The notes beneath the pieces were generated by a model. It saw nothing but the letters and a program-made list of their open reading frames with translations. It was not told the origin of the DNA and did not search any database. From positions 256,001 through 320,000 of the forward strand of contig JAYFMW010000006.1 in NCBI GenBank assembly GCA_042408215.1: a stretch of DNA of 64,000 bases, in the 5' to 3' direction. Source of the stretch: Microcoleus sp. (lineage in GTDB: Bacteria; Cyanobacteriota; Cyanobacteriia; Cyanobacteriales; Microcoleaceae). Made by a program: the position numbers and the translations under genes. Below are positions 11,201 to 21,009 of the stretch, one piece after another (position 1 is the stretch's first letter; each line of letters opens with the position of its first letter).

Positions 11201-12478
11201 CAGATACTGGGAATGACTATTGAAGATTCGTGCTTTGGAGATAGCTATGCTTTAACTTACAAGCACGGTCGAATTCGAGCTGTGGATGATCTTCACAAAG
11301 CTGGTATTGCCGAGTGTTACATTAATTTATTAGCTCAATTTCAGGTGCAAGCTAATCTGGTAGTGCCGATATTGCAAGGGGAGAAGTTGTGGGGGTTGCT
11401 GATTGCTCACCACTGCGCTGCTCCCCACCGGTGGCAGGAAATTGAGGTGGAATGCCTCAAACAAATTAGCGTGCAGTTGGCGATCGCGATCCAGCAATCA
11501 ACACTATTTGAACAAGCACAAGCTGAAATTGCCGATCGCAAACAAGCAGAGTTAGCCTTGCTGGAATCGGAAGCACGAGAACGCTCGAAGGCCCTACAGT
11601 TAGAAATAGCTATTAACCAGCTCAAAACTACTCAAGCTCAGCTAGTTCAGACTGAAAAAATGTCTTCTTTGGGTCAATTAGTTGCTGGAGTAGCTCACGA
11701 AATTAATAATCCTGTCAGCTTTATTTTTGGCAATATCAGTTACGCCAAAGATTACACAAATGATTTATTGAATATTTTGGAACTTTACCGCATTGCTTAC
11801 CCAGAATCCACAGCAGAAATTGATGCAAAAATTCAGGAAAGTGACTTAGATTTTATCAAAGAAGATTTGCCAAAATTGCTGGAGTCAATGCAGATAGGAG
11901 CCAATAGAATTCAGGAAATAGTCAAGTCTTTGCGGACTTTTTCCCGTCTGGACGAAGCGGCTTTTAAGGAGGTTAATTTGCACGAAGGAATTGACAGCAC
12001 TTTGATGATTTTGGCTCACCGTTTGAAGCCAAAAGGCGATTATCGTGGTATTTCGGTAATTAAGGAGTATGGCAATTTGCCGCAAGTGGAATGTTACTCT
12101 GGTCAACTGAATCAGGTGTTTATGAATTTGTTGAGTAATGCGATCGATGCTTTAGAAGAAGGCGCAAGCACTCTTAAATCGGCTGGCGATTCATCGCCAA
12201 TTCCGACAATTAAGCTTCGCACGGAGGTTGTTCAGGGCGAGCGCGTGCGGATTGCGATCGCAGACAGTGGTGTTGGCATTTCCGAGTCTGTGCAGCAGCA
12301 GTTGTTTGACCCATTTTTTACTACCAAACCTGTTGGGAAAGGTACTGGATTGGGATTGGCTATTAGTTACGAGATTGTAGTTAAAAAACATCAAGGAAAA
12401 TTACTGTGCAAGTCGGAATTAGGGATTGGTACGGAATTTGCGATCGAAATACCGCTCCGTCAACCGAAGGTAGAATGA
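8216..12478 (+). CDS. Hybrid sensor histidine kinase: REC, multiple PAS, cyanobacteriochrome-type GAF (DSCF, CY), NtrB-like HisKA, HATPase
   Basis: REC N-terminus, PAS repeats, GAF ending LWGLLIAHHC, H-box AHEINNP, NAIDA, DSGVG, FDPFFTTKPVGKGTGLGL. Confidence 0.93.
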   Translation: MISVFDPTLTPGLKVLLVEDCAEDAELIQELLLESRLGKSINLTNVVRLSAAIEILSNEIFDVILLDISLPDCQQFNPLFRLQDYGINTPIVILTATDDEELAVELIAAGAQDYLVKRQVDSRLLMRTIRCAIVRQKRQAEWQENTDKVLVQEQLEASKNFLNYTIDALADPIFVKDEQHRWILVNDAFCNLLGKQRQELLGKSDYDFVPKAEADIFWQNDEQVFRTGEQNENEEIFTDTCGEKHILSTKKTAFNHTDGSKFLVGVIRDITEDRRKQLALQKSEARLSQLEERWRSLVKNIPGAIYRCQYDTDWRIEFISDEIEAISGYPAGDFIGNHRLSFANIVHSEDTAMLDRKVREAVESRQPYYVEYQIVRADGAVRWMSETGRPSYDSAGRVLWLDGAIFDITDRKQAELTLRLVTQAVESASDAIAIADLDGYSIYHNQTFIQRYGYTVEELNNSGGPAVMYAKSQELRKLFRVLRKGLPWSGEIELKDKNGEIIATQLRADCIKDSDGKPIGMMAIIADLTELKRAESALRLSQERLQLAVLGSSLGLWDWSIATGETYFDSQWKAMLGYAETEIENNVKAWENLLHPEDRLKVMSVLQTYLEGRNDLYEVEFRMLNKTGNWQWIMALGKVVEYDEWGAPLRMAGTHKDISGRVAAEAEKTQLIASLQQLAAQLQEAQKIARIGNWEFDLATGMISWSQEVFRVYGRELGLPPTPEEIVEQIHPDDRERFTEVLQRAMNEGTACDIDHRICFPLGEIRYVNTKGQALNNELGEVVRLFGTAMDLTDRKLAEIALRESEQRFRAVFEQAAIGIVQVWLDGQLLKVNQGFCNIVGYSVAELRLRTVSEISHPEDLDSEIESGSRMLAGEILNYSIEKRFLRKDGSFVWTNVTVSLVRDAFGEPSYIISVVEDISDRKLAEAILRQQLKRERLVVAILERIRSSLNLEEILTTTVAEVRQFLQTDRTIIYRFNPDWSGVVVVESVGENWIQILGMTIEDSCFGDSYALTYKHGRIRAVDDLHKAGIAECYINLLAQFQVQANLVVPILQGEKLWGLLIAHHCAAPHRWQEIEVECLKQISVQLAIAIQQSTLFEQAQAEIADRKQAELALLESEARERSKALQLEIAINQLKTTQAQLVQTEKMSSLGQLVAGVAHEINNPVSFIFGNISYAKDYTNDLLNILELYRIAYPESTAEIDAKIQESDLDFIKEDLPKLLESMQIGANRIQEIVKSLRTFSRLDEAAFKEVNLHEGIDSTLMILAHRLKPKGDYRGISVIKEYGNLPQVECYSGQLNQVFMNLLSNAIDALEEGASTLKSAGDSSPIPTIKLRTEVVQGERVRIAIADSGVGISESVQQQLFDPFFTTKPVGKGTGLGLAISYEIVVKKHQGKLLCKSELGIGTEFAIEIPLRQPKVE

Positions 12479-12494
12479 AGGAGGAAGATAAGTT

Positions 12495-12740
12495 TTGGGA
12501 ATGGGGAATGAGGAATGGGGAATGGGGAATGGGGAATGGGGAATGGGGAATGGGGAATGGGGAATTGGGAATGGGGAATTGGGAATGGGGAATTGGGAAT
12601 GGGGAATGGGGAATGGGGAATGGGGAATGGGGCTACGAGTAGGGAATTACGAATTACGAATTATTCACTCGTAATTCGTAATTCGTAATTCGTAATTTTT
12701 AATTCTTCCCTCTGACTTCTTCCCTCTGACTTCTGACTTC
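12495..12740. repeat. STRR heptamer tandem arrays (GGGGAAT)n, (GAATTAC)n/(GTAATTC)n, (TCTGACT)n between convergent genes
   Basis: Directly visible 7-bp tandem repeats. Confidence 0.9.
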
Positions 12741-12751
12741 AACATCTGTTT

Positions 12752-14413
12752 TTACAACATCACTGGGGAAGATTGAGGATTACTAATTGCGTGACAAATG
12801 CGATTTTTGCCTTCAGCTTTCGCTTGATAAAGGGCGCAGTCAGCGCTGTGAATTAGAGTGTCGGGAGATTGCTCCGGGGAAGGAATAGCCGTAGCAATGC
12901 CGCAACTGAGGGTAACGTAGGGCCCGATCGACGATCGCGCGTGGGGGAGTTTCAGGGTGGAGAGGCGATCGCAAATTGCCAGGGCGACAAGGTTCGCCCC
13001 TTCGGCGGTAGTGTCGGGTAGCAGTACGGCAAATTCTTCGCCACCGTAGCGGGCGGGCAAATCTCCAGCCCGCTTGACACAGGAGGCGATCGCCCCTGCA
13101 ACTTGCTGCAAGCAGTCGTCGCCGGCGAGGTGCCCGTAGAAGTCGTTGTAAAGTTTAAAACAGTCGATGTCAAACATCATCAAAGACAGGGGCAATTCTG
13201 CTCTTGCCAACCTACGCCACTCTAACATCAAAACGCGATCGAACTGGCGGCGGTTGGCCATTCCAGTCAGTCCGTCTGTAGTTGCCAGTTGCTGCAATTT
13301 TTGGTTAGCTCTTGCTAGCTGATGGTACAGTCGAGATTGTTCGATCGCGATCGCCAGTTGATTAGCCAAATGTTTTAAAAAATCTATTTCCCACTGCTGC
13401 CATTGCCTAACAGTGCTGTAATTATATGCTGTCAGTATTCCCCACAAATAATTCCGATTTGACGCGCCGGAGTCAGGCGCACTTTTCCACTGCATCTGAT
13501 GCAGACTCTCCCCCAGCATCGCCAGGGAATTTTCGGCAGAGTATTCATTTTTTTCGGCTTCCCAAACAGTGTCGTCTAGTGATTTTATTGCCGTTTCCCA
13601 GTCTCCAGATTGCCAGATTGGAACGCTTAAAACTGCTGTAATTTCACAATTTGCCAGCAACTCTTTAGAATTGCCAGCCAAGTTCGCCGCCCTGACATCT
13701 GCTATTGCTTGTACCGCATTGGAATCGGCAATAAACAGGCACGACTCCGCCAAAGCAGCACCAATATTTTGGTTGTCAATATAGCCGGATGGCAAACCGT
13801 CATCTGCGACGATCGCGCTTTTTTGCTCTTGGCTATCGAGTTGAGGCTCCGAATTCTGACAGCGATAAATTAAAACCCGGTCTGTTTTGAGAAATTGGCG
13901 CACTTCTGCGACGGTATTTTGGAGAATACTTACCGTGTCTATTGACGATCGAATGTTTTCGATTATTTTGCCCAAAAGTCGCTCTCTTTGGGCTTGTTGG
14001 CGCAGTTGTTCTTCTATCTGTTGACGTTCGATCGCGTAGTGGATTGCCCGCACCAGCAGAGTTCTCTGAAATCTTCCCTTTACCAAACAATCTTGAGCAC
14101 CCGATCGCAATACCGACAGCGCCGTATTTTCATCGTTAATATCTGTCAGCACCACAATTGGTACTGTGGGCGATCGTGCTTTCAGAATCGAGATCGCGTC
14201 ACTTCCCCCCAAGTCGTCTTGCACTGACAAGTCTAAGATGATCGCGTCAAACTCTACTGCTTCCAGACACTTTACCGCTGCTGAGAGAGAGTGAACAGTT
14301 TCAAAACAAAACAGAGCCTCACTGAATGACCCTAAAAGGTCTTGGAGCAGCGCTGCATCTGAGGGATTTTCCTCAACCAACAGAATTTTCAGAGATTGCT
14401 TACTGGTTAACAC
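12752..14413 (-). CDS. Diguanylate cyclase (REC, GAF, GGDEF)
   Basis: REC, GAF (TDRVLIY...LWGIL), DGLTGMANRR, DIDCFK, RYGGEEF. Start moved to GTG at 14413 because the ORF-track start lies inside the IS left end. Confidence 0.88.
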   Translation of the reverse strand: MLTSKQSLKILLVEENPSDAALLQDLLGSFSEALFCFETVHSLSAAVKCLEAVEFDAIILDLSVQDDLGGSDAISILKARSPTVPIVVLTDINDENTALSVLRSGAQDCLVKGRFQRTLLVRAIHYAIERQQIEEQLRQQAQRERLLGKIIENIRSSIDTVSILQNTVAEVRQFLKTDRVLIYRCQNSEPQLDSQEQKSAIVADDGLPSGYIDNQNIGAALAESCLFIADSNAVQAIADVRAANLAGNSKELLANCEITAVLSVPIWQSGDWETAIKSLDDTVWEAEKNEYSAENSLAMLGESLHQMQWKSAPDSGASNRNYLWGILTAYNYSTVRQWQQWEIDFLKHLANQLAIAIEQSRLYHQLARANQKLQQLATTDGLTGMANRRQFDRVLMLEWRRLARAELPLSLMMFDIDCFKLYNDFYGHLAGDDCLQQVAGAIASCVKRAGDLPARYGGEEFAVLLPDTTAEGANLVALAICDRLSTLKLPHARSSIGPYVTLSCGIATAIPSPEQSPDTLIHSADCALYQAKAEGKNRICHAISNPQSSPVML

Positions 14414-14702
14414 AATTATAGCGATCGGATCGGGTTGACGGAAACTTTTTAGATTGACAGACGGGAATCCCCACACCAATGGTGACAGCTTGTGGTTGGT
14501 GTGGGATGGACCAGAAGGGTCAACCTAGCCACGGAGTTGACCAAATTTGTGTATACTGAGAAATAGTAACAGGAATCGGCAAGCAAATGAGGACTGCATA
14601 CCAGTACAAACTACGCCCCACAAAGTCACAAGCCATTGAGATTGACAGATGGCTGTCGATGCTTTGCGCTCAATATAACTATTTGTTGGCCGATCGATTT
14701 AA

Positions 14703-14866
14703 TACCAATTTAATGAGTCGTTGCATAGATCTCGATCCCCCTAAATCCCCCTTAATAAGGGAGTAGGGTGTGAGTAGGGGGTGACGAAAGAGCAGAATCT
14801 TGTTCCCCCCTTATTAAGGGGGGTTAGGGGGGATCAGATTCTACGGGGCCTCATAAAAAACTGGTA
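14703..14866. mobile_element. MITE with TACCA(A/G)TT termini and 3-bp TAA duplication, inside tnpB
   Basis: Removing it plus one TAA restores ...ADRF-NWYEQ; carries the CCCCCTAAATCCCCCTTAATAAGGG hairpin cassette. Confidence 0.8.
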
Positions 14867-15013
14867 TAACTGGTACGAGCAAAACCGTTCTCCGATTAAT
14901 GCTTGCCCTCTGGTTTGTCACCTACCTGAATTACGAGATAACCCAGATTATTACAGTCAGAAAAAGACGCTACCTCAACTCAAAAAATCCCGTCCTTGGT
15001 ATGCCGAGATTTA

Positions 15014-15172
15014 TACTAATTCTCAAAACTCATGCAACAGTATCTGTAGGGTGCGTCGCCATCCTTAAATCTTAAAGAATATCCACAATCTTTGAGCGAC
15101 GCACCTTACACGAGCGGGTGAGCGTAAACAAACCCACACTCATCATTCTTGCAAGACTTTAGAGAATTGGTA
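15014..15172. mobile_element. MITE with TAC(T/C)AATTCTC termini and 3-bp TTA duplication, inside tnpB
   Basis: Removing it restores ...YAEIY-SQFLQD; carries a GTAGGGTGCGTCGC...GCGACGCACCTTAC REP-like palindrome. Confidence 0.8.
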
Positions 15173-16156
15173 TTACTCTCAATTCCTCCAAGATGTAGTC
15201 AAGCGAGTAAAGGTTACGTTTGATAGATTTCTTAAGGGAGATAGCAATGGAAAGCGTAGCGGTAGACCTCGTTTCAAGGCACGCAATCGTTACCGAACTT
15301 TCACTTATCCCCAGATCAAAGACGGATGTCTGCAAGACAAATTAATAAATTTGCCAATGTCCGGAAAAGTTAAGGTAATCTTACATCGCCCTCTGCCTGA
15401 TGGGTTTGAGATTAAAACTGCCTCCATTACCAAGAAATCTGACGGATTGTATTTGACACTTTCACTGGAAGACAAGACTGTTCCCGAAATTAAACCAGAC
15501 TTCAACCCAGATCAAATCACTGGAATTGATGTCAAGCTGAAGGAATTCTTGACAACTTCATCAGGCGAAACGGTTGCCATTCCTCAATATTACCGCAAGG
15601 CACAAAAACACGGGTAATCCAGAAGCGTGTTTCACGACGCAAAAAAGGAAGCAGCCGTAGGCAAAAAGCAGTTAAACAACTGGGAAAGCAACACAAGAAA
15701 GTTGCAGATAAGCGCAAGGACTTTCACTTCAAGACGGCTAATTACCTGCTGTCAAAATACGACGTAATCGCAGTTGAAGATTTAAACGTCAAAGGACTTG
15801 CTAGTACAAAATTGGCTAAATCTGTGTTGGATGCTGGGTGGTCAAGCTTTCTGTCAATACTAACAAATAAAGCCGCAAATGCTGGGAAAGTTGGTAGTCC
15901 CAGTAAGCGCCTATAACACTTCACAAGATTGCTCCAATTGTGATGAGAAAGTACCTAAACAACTGCCGGAAAGATGGCACGATTGCCCTCATTGTGGGTG
16001 CAGTCTTGACCGCGATCGTAATGCAGCTATTAACATTAAAAACAGAGCGGTAGGGCATTCCGTTCTTAAAGCGCAACGCCTCCTAAGCGATAGCCGGATT
16101 GGTTGCGAAGCCTACACCAATGGTGACAGCTTGTGGTTGGTGTAGGAGATGTCACC

Positions 16157-16612
16157 TTACAAATCTTCGGGTGGGAGCGAAACGATTTCAAACCAATACT
16201 GACACAAAGTCTTCATTACTTCAACCAATCCTTCAAAAGTGACTGGTTTGGATATAAAAGAATTGGCACCCAAGCGGTAGCAAAGCAAGATATCTTCACT
16301 GCTGTGCGACGTTGTAAGAATCACGATCGGGATTTGTTGCAAGTCGGAGTCAGATTTAATCAAAGTTAGCGCTTCTCGCCCGTCCAGCCTCGGCATATTC
16401 AGATCTAAAAGTATCAGGTCTGGGCGATACCAATTGCTGACACCCGCATATCCTCCGCGACAGTACAAATAGTCTAGCACCTGTTCCCCATTCTCAACAC
16501 ATTCGATCCTAATTGTTAATCTCACTTCTCGCAGTGCTTCCAGCACCAGAAAGCGCGCGTCTTCGTCGTCATTCGCCATTAAAATAGTAAATTTTTTATT
16601 TTTATAACTCAC
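16157..16612 (-). CDS. Single-domain response regulator, Rcp1-like
   Basis: PDLILLDLNMPRLDGREAL, IPIVILTTS, GANSFISKP, FW-like end typical of phytochrome-associated receivers. Confidence 0.85.
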   Translation of the reverse strand: MSYKNKKFTILMANDDEDARFLVLEALREVRLTIRIECVENGEQVLDYLYCRGGYAGVSNWYRPDLILLDLNMPRLDGREALTLIKSDSDLQQIPIVILTTSHSSEDILLCYRLGANSFISKPVTFEGLVEVMKTLCQYWFEIVSLPPEDL

Positions 16613-17084
16613 GGCTTTGCCTCACTACCAAAGGCTTTTGTGAAGAGACGGGACTTGGGTGAACATTCGGGTGCCTGCAAATATAATAGGCTATAATTGG
16701 CCAAAATCTGGATAAACATACTGAGTTGGGAACGCACCAATTTATGTATTTGCCTTGCTCGTAAACCGAAGCCGCCAATGGTTTCACTACTTCAGTTGCT
16801 CCCAAAACTGGCCAGCAGCAAAGACATCACAAATACTTGCCTACGAGAGCCTCTGGAAACTAGACTAGGCACAACTGAGACCCCCTCGATACAGTTAAAA
16901 CAACCGGACAAGTTTGGCACATACCCCTGGTCAATTTTCATCATAATTGAGTGATCGACACTTATAATAATGGATTTTTTTTTCTATGTCATCAGTGAAT
17001 ATGCTACATTTTTTTGCACTTTTGTAAAGATATTATAAACTTATTTAAAGCTTAAGTGGAAGGTCATCGGAAGGCAGAGGGCAA

Positions 17085-17295
17085 TTACTAATTACCAATT
17101 ACCAATTACCGATTATAGCAGATCTTGAAGGAAGAAGGCTATAGCGGCGAAGCTGAGCGGGTAAAAAGAAGTCGATGGGTCAATGCAATTACTGGCAATG
17201 GTTTCAGCGATTAAGAATGTCCTGACCGCCGCTCAGGTTTCTATACCAATTACCAATGACCAATTACCAATTACCAATTACCAATTACCAATGAC
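17085..17295. repeat. (ACCAATT)n STRR array interrupted by a TATAGC...CTATA MITE-like insert
   Basis: Heptamers on both sides; insert interior resembles the reverse complement of ~58313-58383. Confidence 0.6.
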
Positions 17296-17415
17296 TACGG
17301 ACTTCGGGAGGCACAGTCAGAGAAACATAAAAAGTTGAGCCTCGATCTGGCTCTGATTCTAGCCAAATGCGGCCACCTTGCCGATCGACAATTTTTTGAC
17401 AAATTGCTAAGAAGT

Positions 17416-17519
17416 AAGTAAATCCACTTAATTAAACGTAAGATACAGGTGGCGAAAAAGCTGGCTGTATGAGCATTCTTCCGACTTCCATTTCTCGACT
17501 TCCATTTCTCTTCTACTTA
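17416..17519. mobile_element. Small dispersed element with TAAGTA...TACTTA termini
   Basis: Reverse-complement copy at ~58083-58178 (AATGCTCATACAGC...TTAATTAAGTGGATTTACTTA); related termini at 22044-22150. Confidence 0.6.
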
Positions 17520-17724
17520 ACTGCGACTGTAGCCGTTGGAAGTTTTGCTTTTTTAGCTGCTGTTGCAGTTTTTTTAGGGAGACTTGCTTGTCGATGCGCG
17601 AGCGAATTTCTGCTACTTTAAATGGTTTGGCAATCTAGTCGGCTCCGCCCACTCTCAAAACTTGTAATTTATCGTTAATATCTGATTATAAAATCAATTT
17701 AGTTAAACGCACTATCCTGTCGAG

Positions 17725-18910
17725 TCAGTAATCGGCGAGCAAATCCTTTAAACCATCAGCTAAAGTTGGATGACTTTCACAGATGCGATCGACAATTTGA
17801 ATCGCCAACTCTTCATTAACATCATTAGCAGCTTCGTCAAGTTCCTTTACCCAATTATCAGGCATCTCCGTCAGCAAAGGCAAGAAAAATGAATCCGGTT
17901 TTTCGCTAACAAAATAACGCCGACTAGCAGTCGATTTCAATGCAGGCAACTCTCGATCAAAATAACGCACTCCCAAGTAGTAAGCCATCTTTTCAAATAG
18001 GATCTCTTCTTGAAAAGGTTTCCACACAAAATCGTCGCAACCTGCTGCGATTATTTCGCCTTTCCTTTCCTCAAAAGTGCTGGCAGTCAGAGCTATAATT
18101 ACCGTTCGCGGCTGAGTTGCTTTCTCTACCTCTCTAATTTTTCTGACTGCTTCAAAACCGTCCATCACTGGCATTCGCGTATCCAGCCAAATTAGATGAG
18201 GCTGCCAACTTTCCCAGAGTTCAACCGCTTGGTGGCCGTTTTCGGCTTCTCGGACTTCAAAGCCAATTGGTTGCAGCATTTTAACTAGCAACAGCCGATT
18301 TTCTTGATTGTCGTCAACTACTAAAATCCGATAAACTGGTTGCTCCGGTTCTAGTCCGATCGCCCGCTGCAATCTTGTTACCGTTACTTCCGACGAATCT
18401 GCGAGAGATATTTTGATCTTAAATTTAAAAGTTGTTCCCTCACCTAAAATACTGCTGATCCCAATATTTCCGCCCATTATTTCCACGTATTTTCGAGTAA
18501 TTGTTAAACCCAAACCAGTCCAGACCGCCGTTCTTTTGCCCGCTTATGTTTGCACAAAAGCATTAAATCAAGTGCCTATTTCTGCTGCTATTATGCCAAT
18601 TCCAGTGTCTTCAACTTCAAAGGCAATTAAATATTTTTCCGCCGAGATCGAGTTAGGAATAATTTCTGTTTCTCCTGGCTGCTGCTCATTTTCCCTGCTC
18701 GCACGCATTGAAATGCTGCCGCCTTCGTCAGTAAATTTAATTGCGTTTCCCCGCAGATTAATTAAGCAGACGCGCAGCTTTTTATCGTCGGTTTTGATAG
18801 ATTGGGGAACCTGCGATCGCACCGAAAATCTCAGTTGCAAATTTTGGGTTTCAGCTTTGATTTGAAACATCTCTTCGAGAGTGTCGAGGAGTTGATAGAT
18901 GTCTAGATCG
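17725..18910 (-). pseudogene. Hybrid histidine kinase remnant (HATPase + REC), 5' part lost
   Basis: GNAIKFT, EDTGIG, GLGLTITRK, then REC (ILVVDD, LIWLDTRMP); stops/frameshift near 18540-18570; upstream sequence replaced by a tnpB fragment. Confidence 0.85.
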
Positions 18911-19113
18911 CTCTGTTAACGGATTATTGCTCAATGCAGACATTAATGGTGCAGCAAATATCATCATAAAATCTCAAGTAGCCACAGACTCAATAATCTC
19001 GCTGTGTGGGTAGGGGGTTGCTGACTAACCCTTTAAGAATCCAACTTTTTGTGGATTCATCCCAAAAAGTTTGTCCTCAAGAATCCCCGTGTAAGCGTAA
19101 CCGGGAGTGTCAA
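18905..19113 (+). mobile_element. tnpB: 3' remnant of an IS200/IS605 element (TnpB C-terminus plus right end/omegaRNA region)
   Basis: Encodes NGLLLNADINGAANI; ends AAGAATCCCCGTG...CGGGAGTGTCAA, like the right end at 44741. Confidence 0.75.
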
Positions 19114-19124
19114 ATTTGCCCAGG

Positions 19125-19186
19125 ATTCTCAATAATCACCCTGCCCAGAAATGTTTACACACAGAGGCCGGGTGATTATTGAGAAT
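19125..19186. terminator. Perfect 17-bp inverted repeat with 28-nt loop, downstream of the small minus-strand ORF
   Basis: ATTCTCAATAATCACCC ... GGGTGATTATTGAGAAT. Confidence 0.5.
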
Positions 19187-19247
19187 TAAGAATTATTTGG
19201 TTTTGAGTTAACAGGTACTACTTATCTCTCTTTGCTTCCAGCAGGCG

Positions 19248-19367
19248 CTACTCACCCAATCGGGTTATTTTAGCGCTGCGCTCTGCCAACATCAGTAGCA
19301 AATAAATAGTCATTACATAGCCCGCGGCCAGAATGGGAATAATTAGAGGAATATCACGGTAAATCAT
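19248..19367 (-). CDS. Putative 39-aa single-TM small protein (below ORF-track cutoff)
   Basis: MIYRDIPLIIPILAAGYVMTIYLLLMLAERSAKITRLGE*, one hydrophobic helix, followed by a strong hairpin. Confidence 0.5.
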   Translation of the reverse strand: MIYRDIPLIIPILAAGYVMTIYLLLMLAERSAKITRLGE

Positions 19368-20028
19368 AATTAGAACCAAAAGTCAAGGATGAGGAGGAGC
19401 ATCAGGACAAGTTCAAGACCTACTACATTAAGTCAGCACGCAAGACTAAGCCTTGGTTCTGAAGGGTGCTTTTCCAGATCAAGCTATCGGGAACATTTAA
19501 ATGTTCCCTGTCAATCATCATTTACTGCTTGACAGATGCTCAAACACACTAAAGTCATCCACTTTAGCTGCTTTGAGCTACTGTGCACATAAGATGCGCT
19601 ACTTTTAACTCCTGAAAATTTTCAGATCCTAGGAACTAAAAATCTCTCTCAGAAATTTTGGCTGCGATCGGACTAACAAGGCTGGCTCTACGAAGATCCT
19701 ACAGGTATCTCAAAGCTACCTGCCAGTCTAGCTGTACTTGTCTAGCCGTACTTAATGTATGGAATTGTTTAAATCCTTAATGCTTATTGTAGCACAGGGT
19801 TTCTGGGATTTAGAGATTTTTGAGCAGTGTCCTTAACAATTCGTTACAATAGGGAAACTCCTGTGGCCGCGGGCCGATCGCCGGAGGCAGTCGGGTGAGG
19901 AGGGCCGGTGGCCGATCGCAAATAACTGCCGATCGAATAGATTTTTCTTCCCTATTGCAGAGAATTACCTTAAAATAAAGATATGATATGTAAAATTTTG
20001 TTACTTTACGGCTTGAGTCGGCGTATCC

Positions 20029-21000
20029 ATGATCTCTAGCACTCTCCTATTTTCCTCGGTTGAAGAAGACCTGCAACTGTTGACAGAAAACTTGAAACAG
20101 TTAGTGGGTGCCCGTCATCCCATTTTGTACGCGGCTGCGGAATACTTATTCGGCACAAAGGGAAAACGGGTGAGACCCGCAATAGTCTTGTTGGTCGCCA
20201 AGGCGACGATGCCCGATCGGGAAATCACGGAAAAACACCGTCGCCTCGCCGAAATCACGGAAATGATCCACACAGCAAGTCTAGTCCACGACGACGTGGT
20301 GGACGAGTCGGATCTGAGGCGGGGAGTGCCGACGGTTCACAGTCGGTTTAACAATCGAGTGGCAGTATTGGCGGGAGATTTTCTGTTTGCTCAATCCTCC
20401 TGGCATTTGGCAAATCTGGACAACCTGCCAGTAGTCAAACTGCTTTCAGAAGTGATTATGGATTTAGCAGAAGGGGAAATTCAACAGGGACTAAATGGAT
20501 TTGACACCAGTTTGTCGATCGAAGCGTACCTAGAAAAAAGTTATTACAAAACAGCCTCTTTAATTGCCAACAGTTCCAAAGCAGCGGGCTGTTTGAGCGA
20601 GGTTTCAGCGGAAATAGCAGAGGATTTGTACAACTACGGTCGCCACATTGGTTTGGCATTCCAAATAGTAGATGATATATTAGATTTCACCGCTTCAACG
20701 GAAACTTTGGGGAAACCCGCCGGTTCGGATCTGATCGGCGGTAATCTGACAGCGCCAGCACTATTTGCCCTGGAAGAAAAACCTTACTTGGAAGTTCTCA
20801 TAGAACGGGAATTTGCTCAAGATGGAGATCTAGAGCAGGCCCTGGCACTGGTGGAAGATTCTCAAGGCATAGAGCGATCGCAAGCACTAGCCACACAGCA
20901 CGCACAGCAAGCAGTCGAATACTTAGCTGCGCTACCGCATTCAGAATCCCGCCAAGCTTTGATTGATTTGGCAGATTACGTTTTGAGCAGACTTTATTAG
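20029..21000 (+). CDS. sds: Solanesyl diphosphate synthase (trans-prenyltransferase)
   Basis: GKRVRP, HTASLVHDDVVD, RRG, KTASL, FQIVDDILD motifs. Confidence 0.93.
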   Translation: MISSTLLFSSVEEDLQLLTENLKQLVGARHPILYAAAEYLFGTKGKRVRPAIVLLVAKATMPDREITEKHRRLAEITEMIHTASLVHDDVVDESDLRRGVPTVHSRFNNRVAVLAGDFLFAQSSWHLANLDNLPVVKLLSEVIMDLAEGEIQQGLNGFDTSLSIEAYLEKSYYKTASLIANSSKAAGCLSEVSAEIAEDLYNYGRHIGLAFQIVDDILDFTASTETLGKPAGSDLIGGNLTAPALFALEEKPYLEVLIEREFAQDGDLEQALALVEDSQGIERSQALATQHAQQAVEYLAALPHSESRQALIDLADYVLSRLY

Positions 21001-21009
21001 AAGTCAGAA

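Larger units (their letters stand above)
14587..16145 (+). pseudogene. tnpB: TnpB pseudogene (two MITE insertions, two frameshifts)
   Basis: [12 protein letters not shown]..., GIDV (RuvC-I), VIAVEDL (RuvC-II), CSNC/CPHC zinc finger, DRDRNAA (RuvC-III), spread over several frames. Confidence 0.9.
14459..16155 (+). mobile_element. Decayed IS200/IS605-family (tnpB-only, IS1341-like) element
   Basis: Begins right after TTGAC (14454-14458); same hairpin CACCAATGGTGACAGCTTGTGGTTGGTGT near both ends; ends ...GGAGATGTCAC; no target duplication. Confidence 0.85.
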
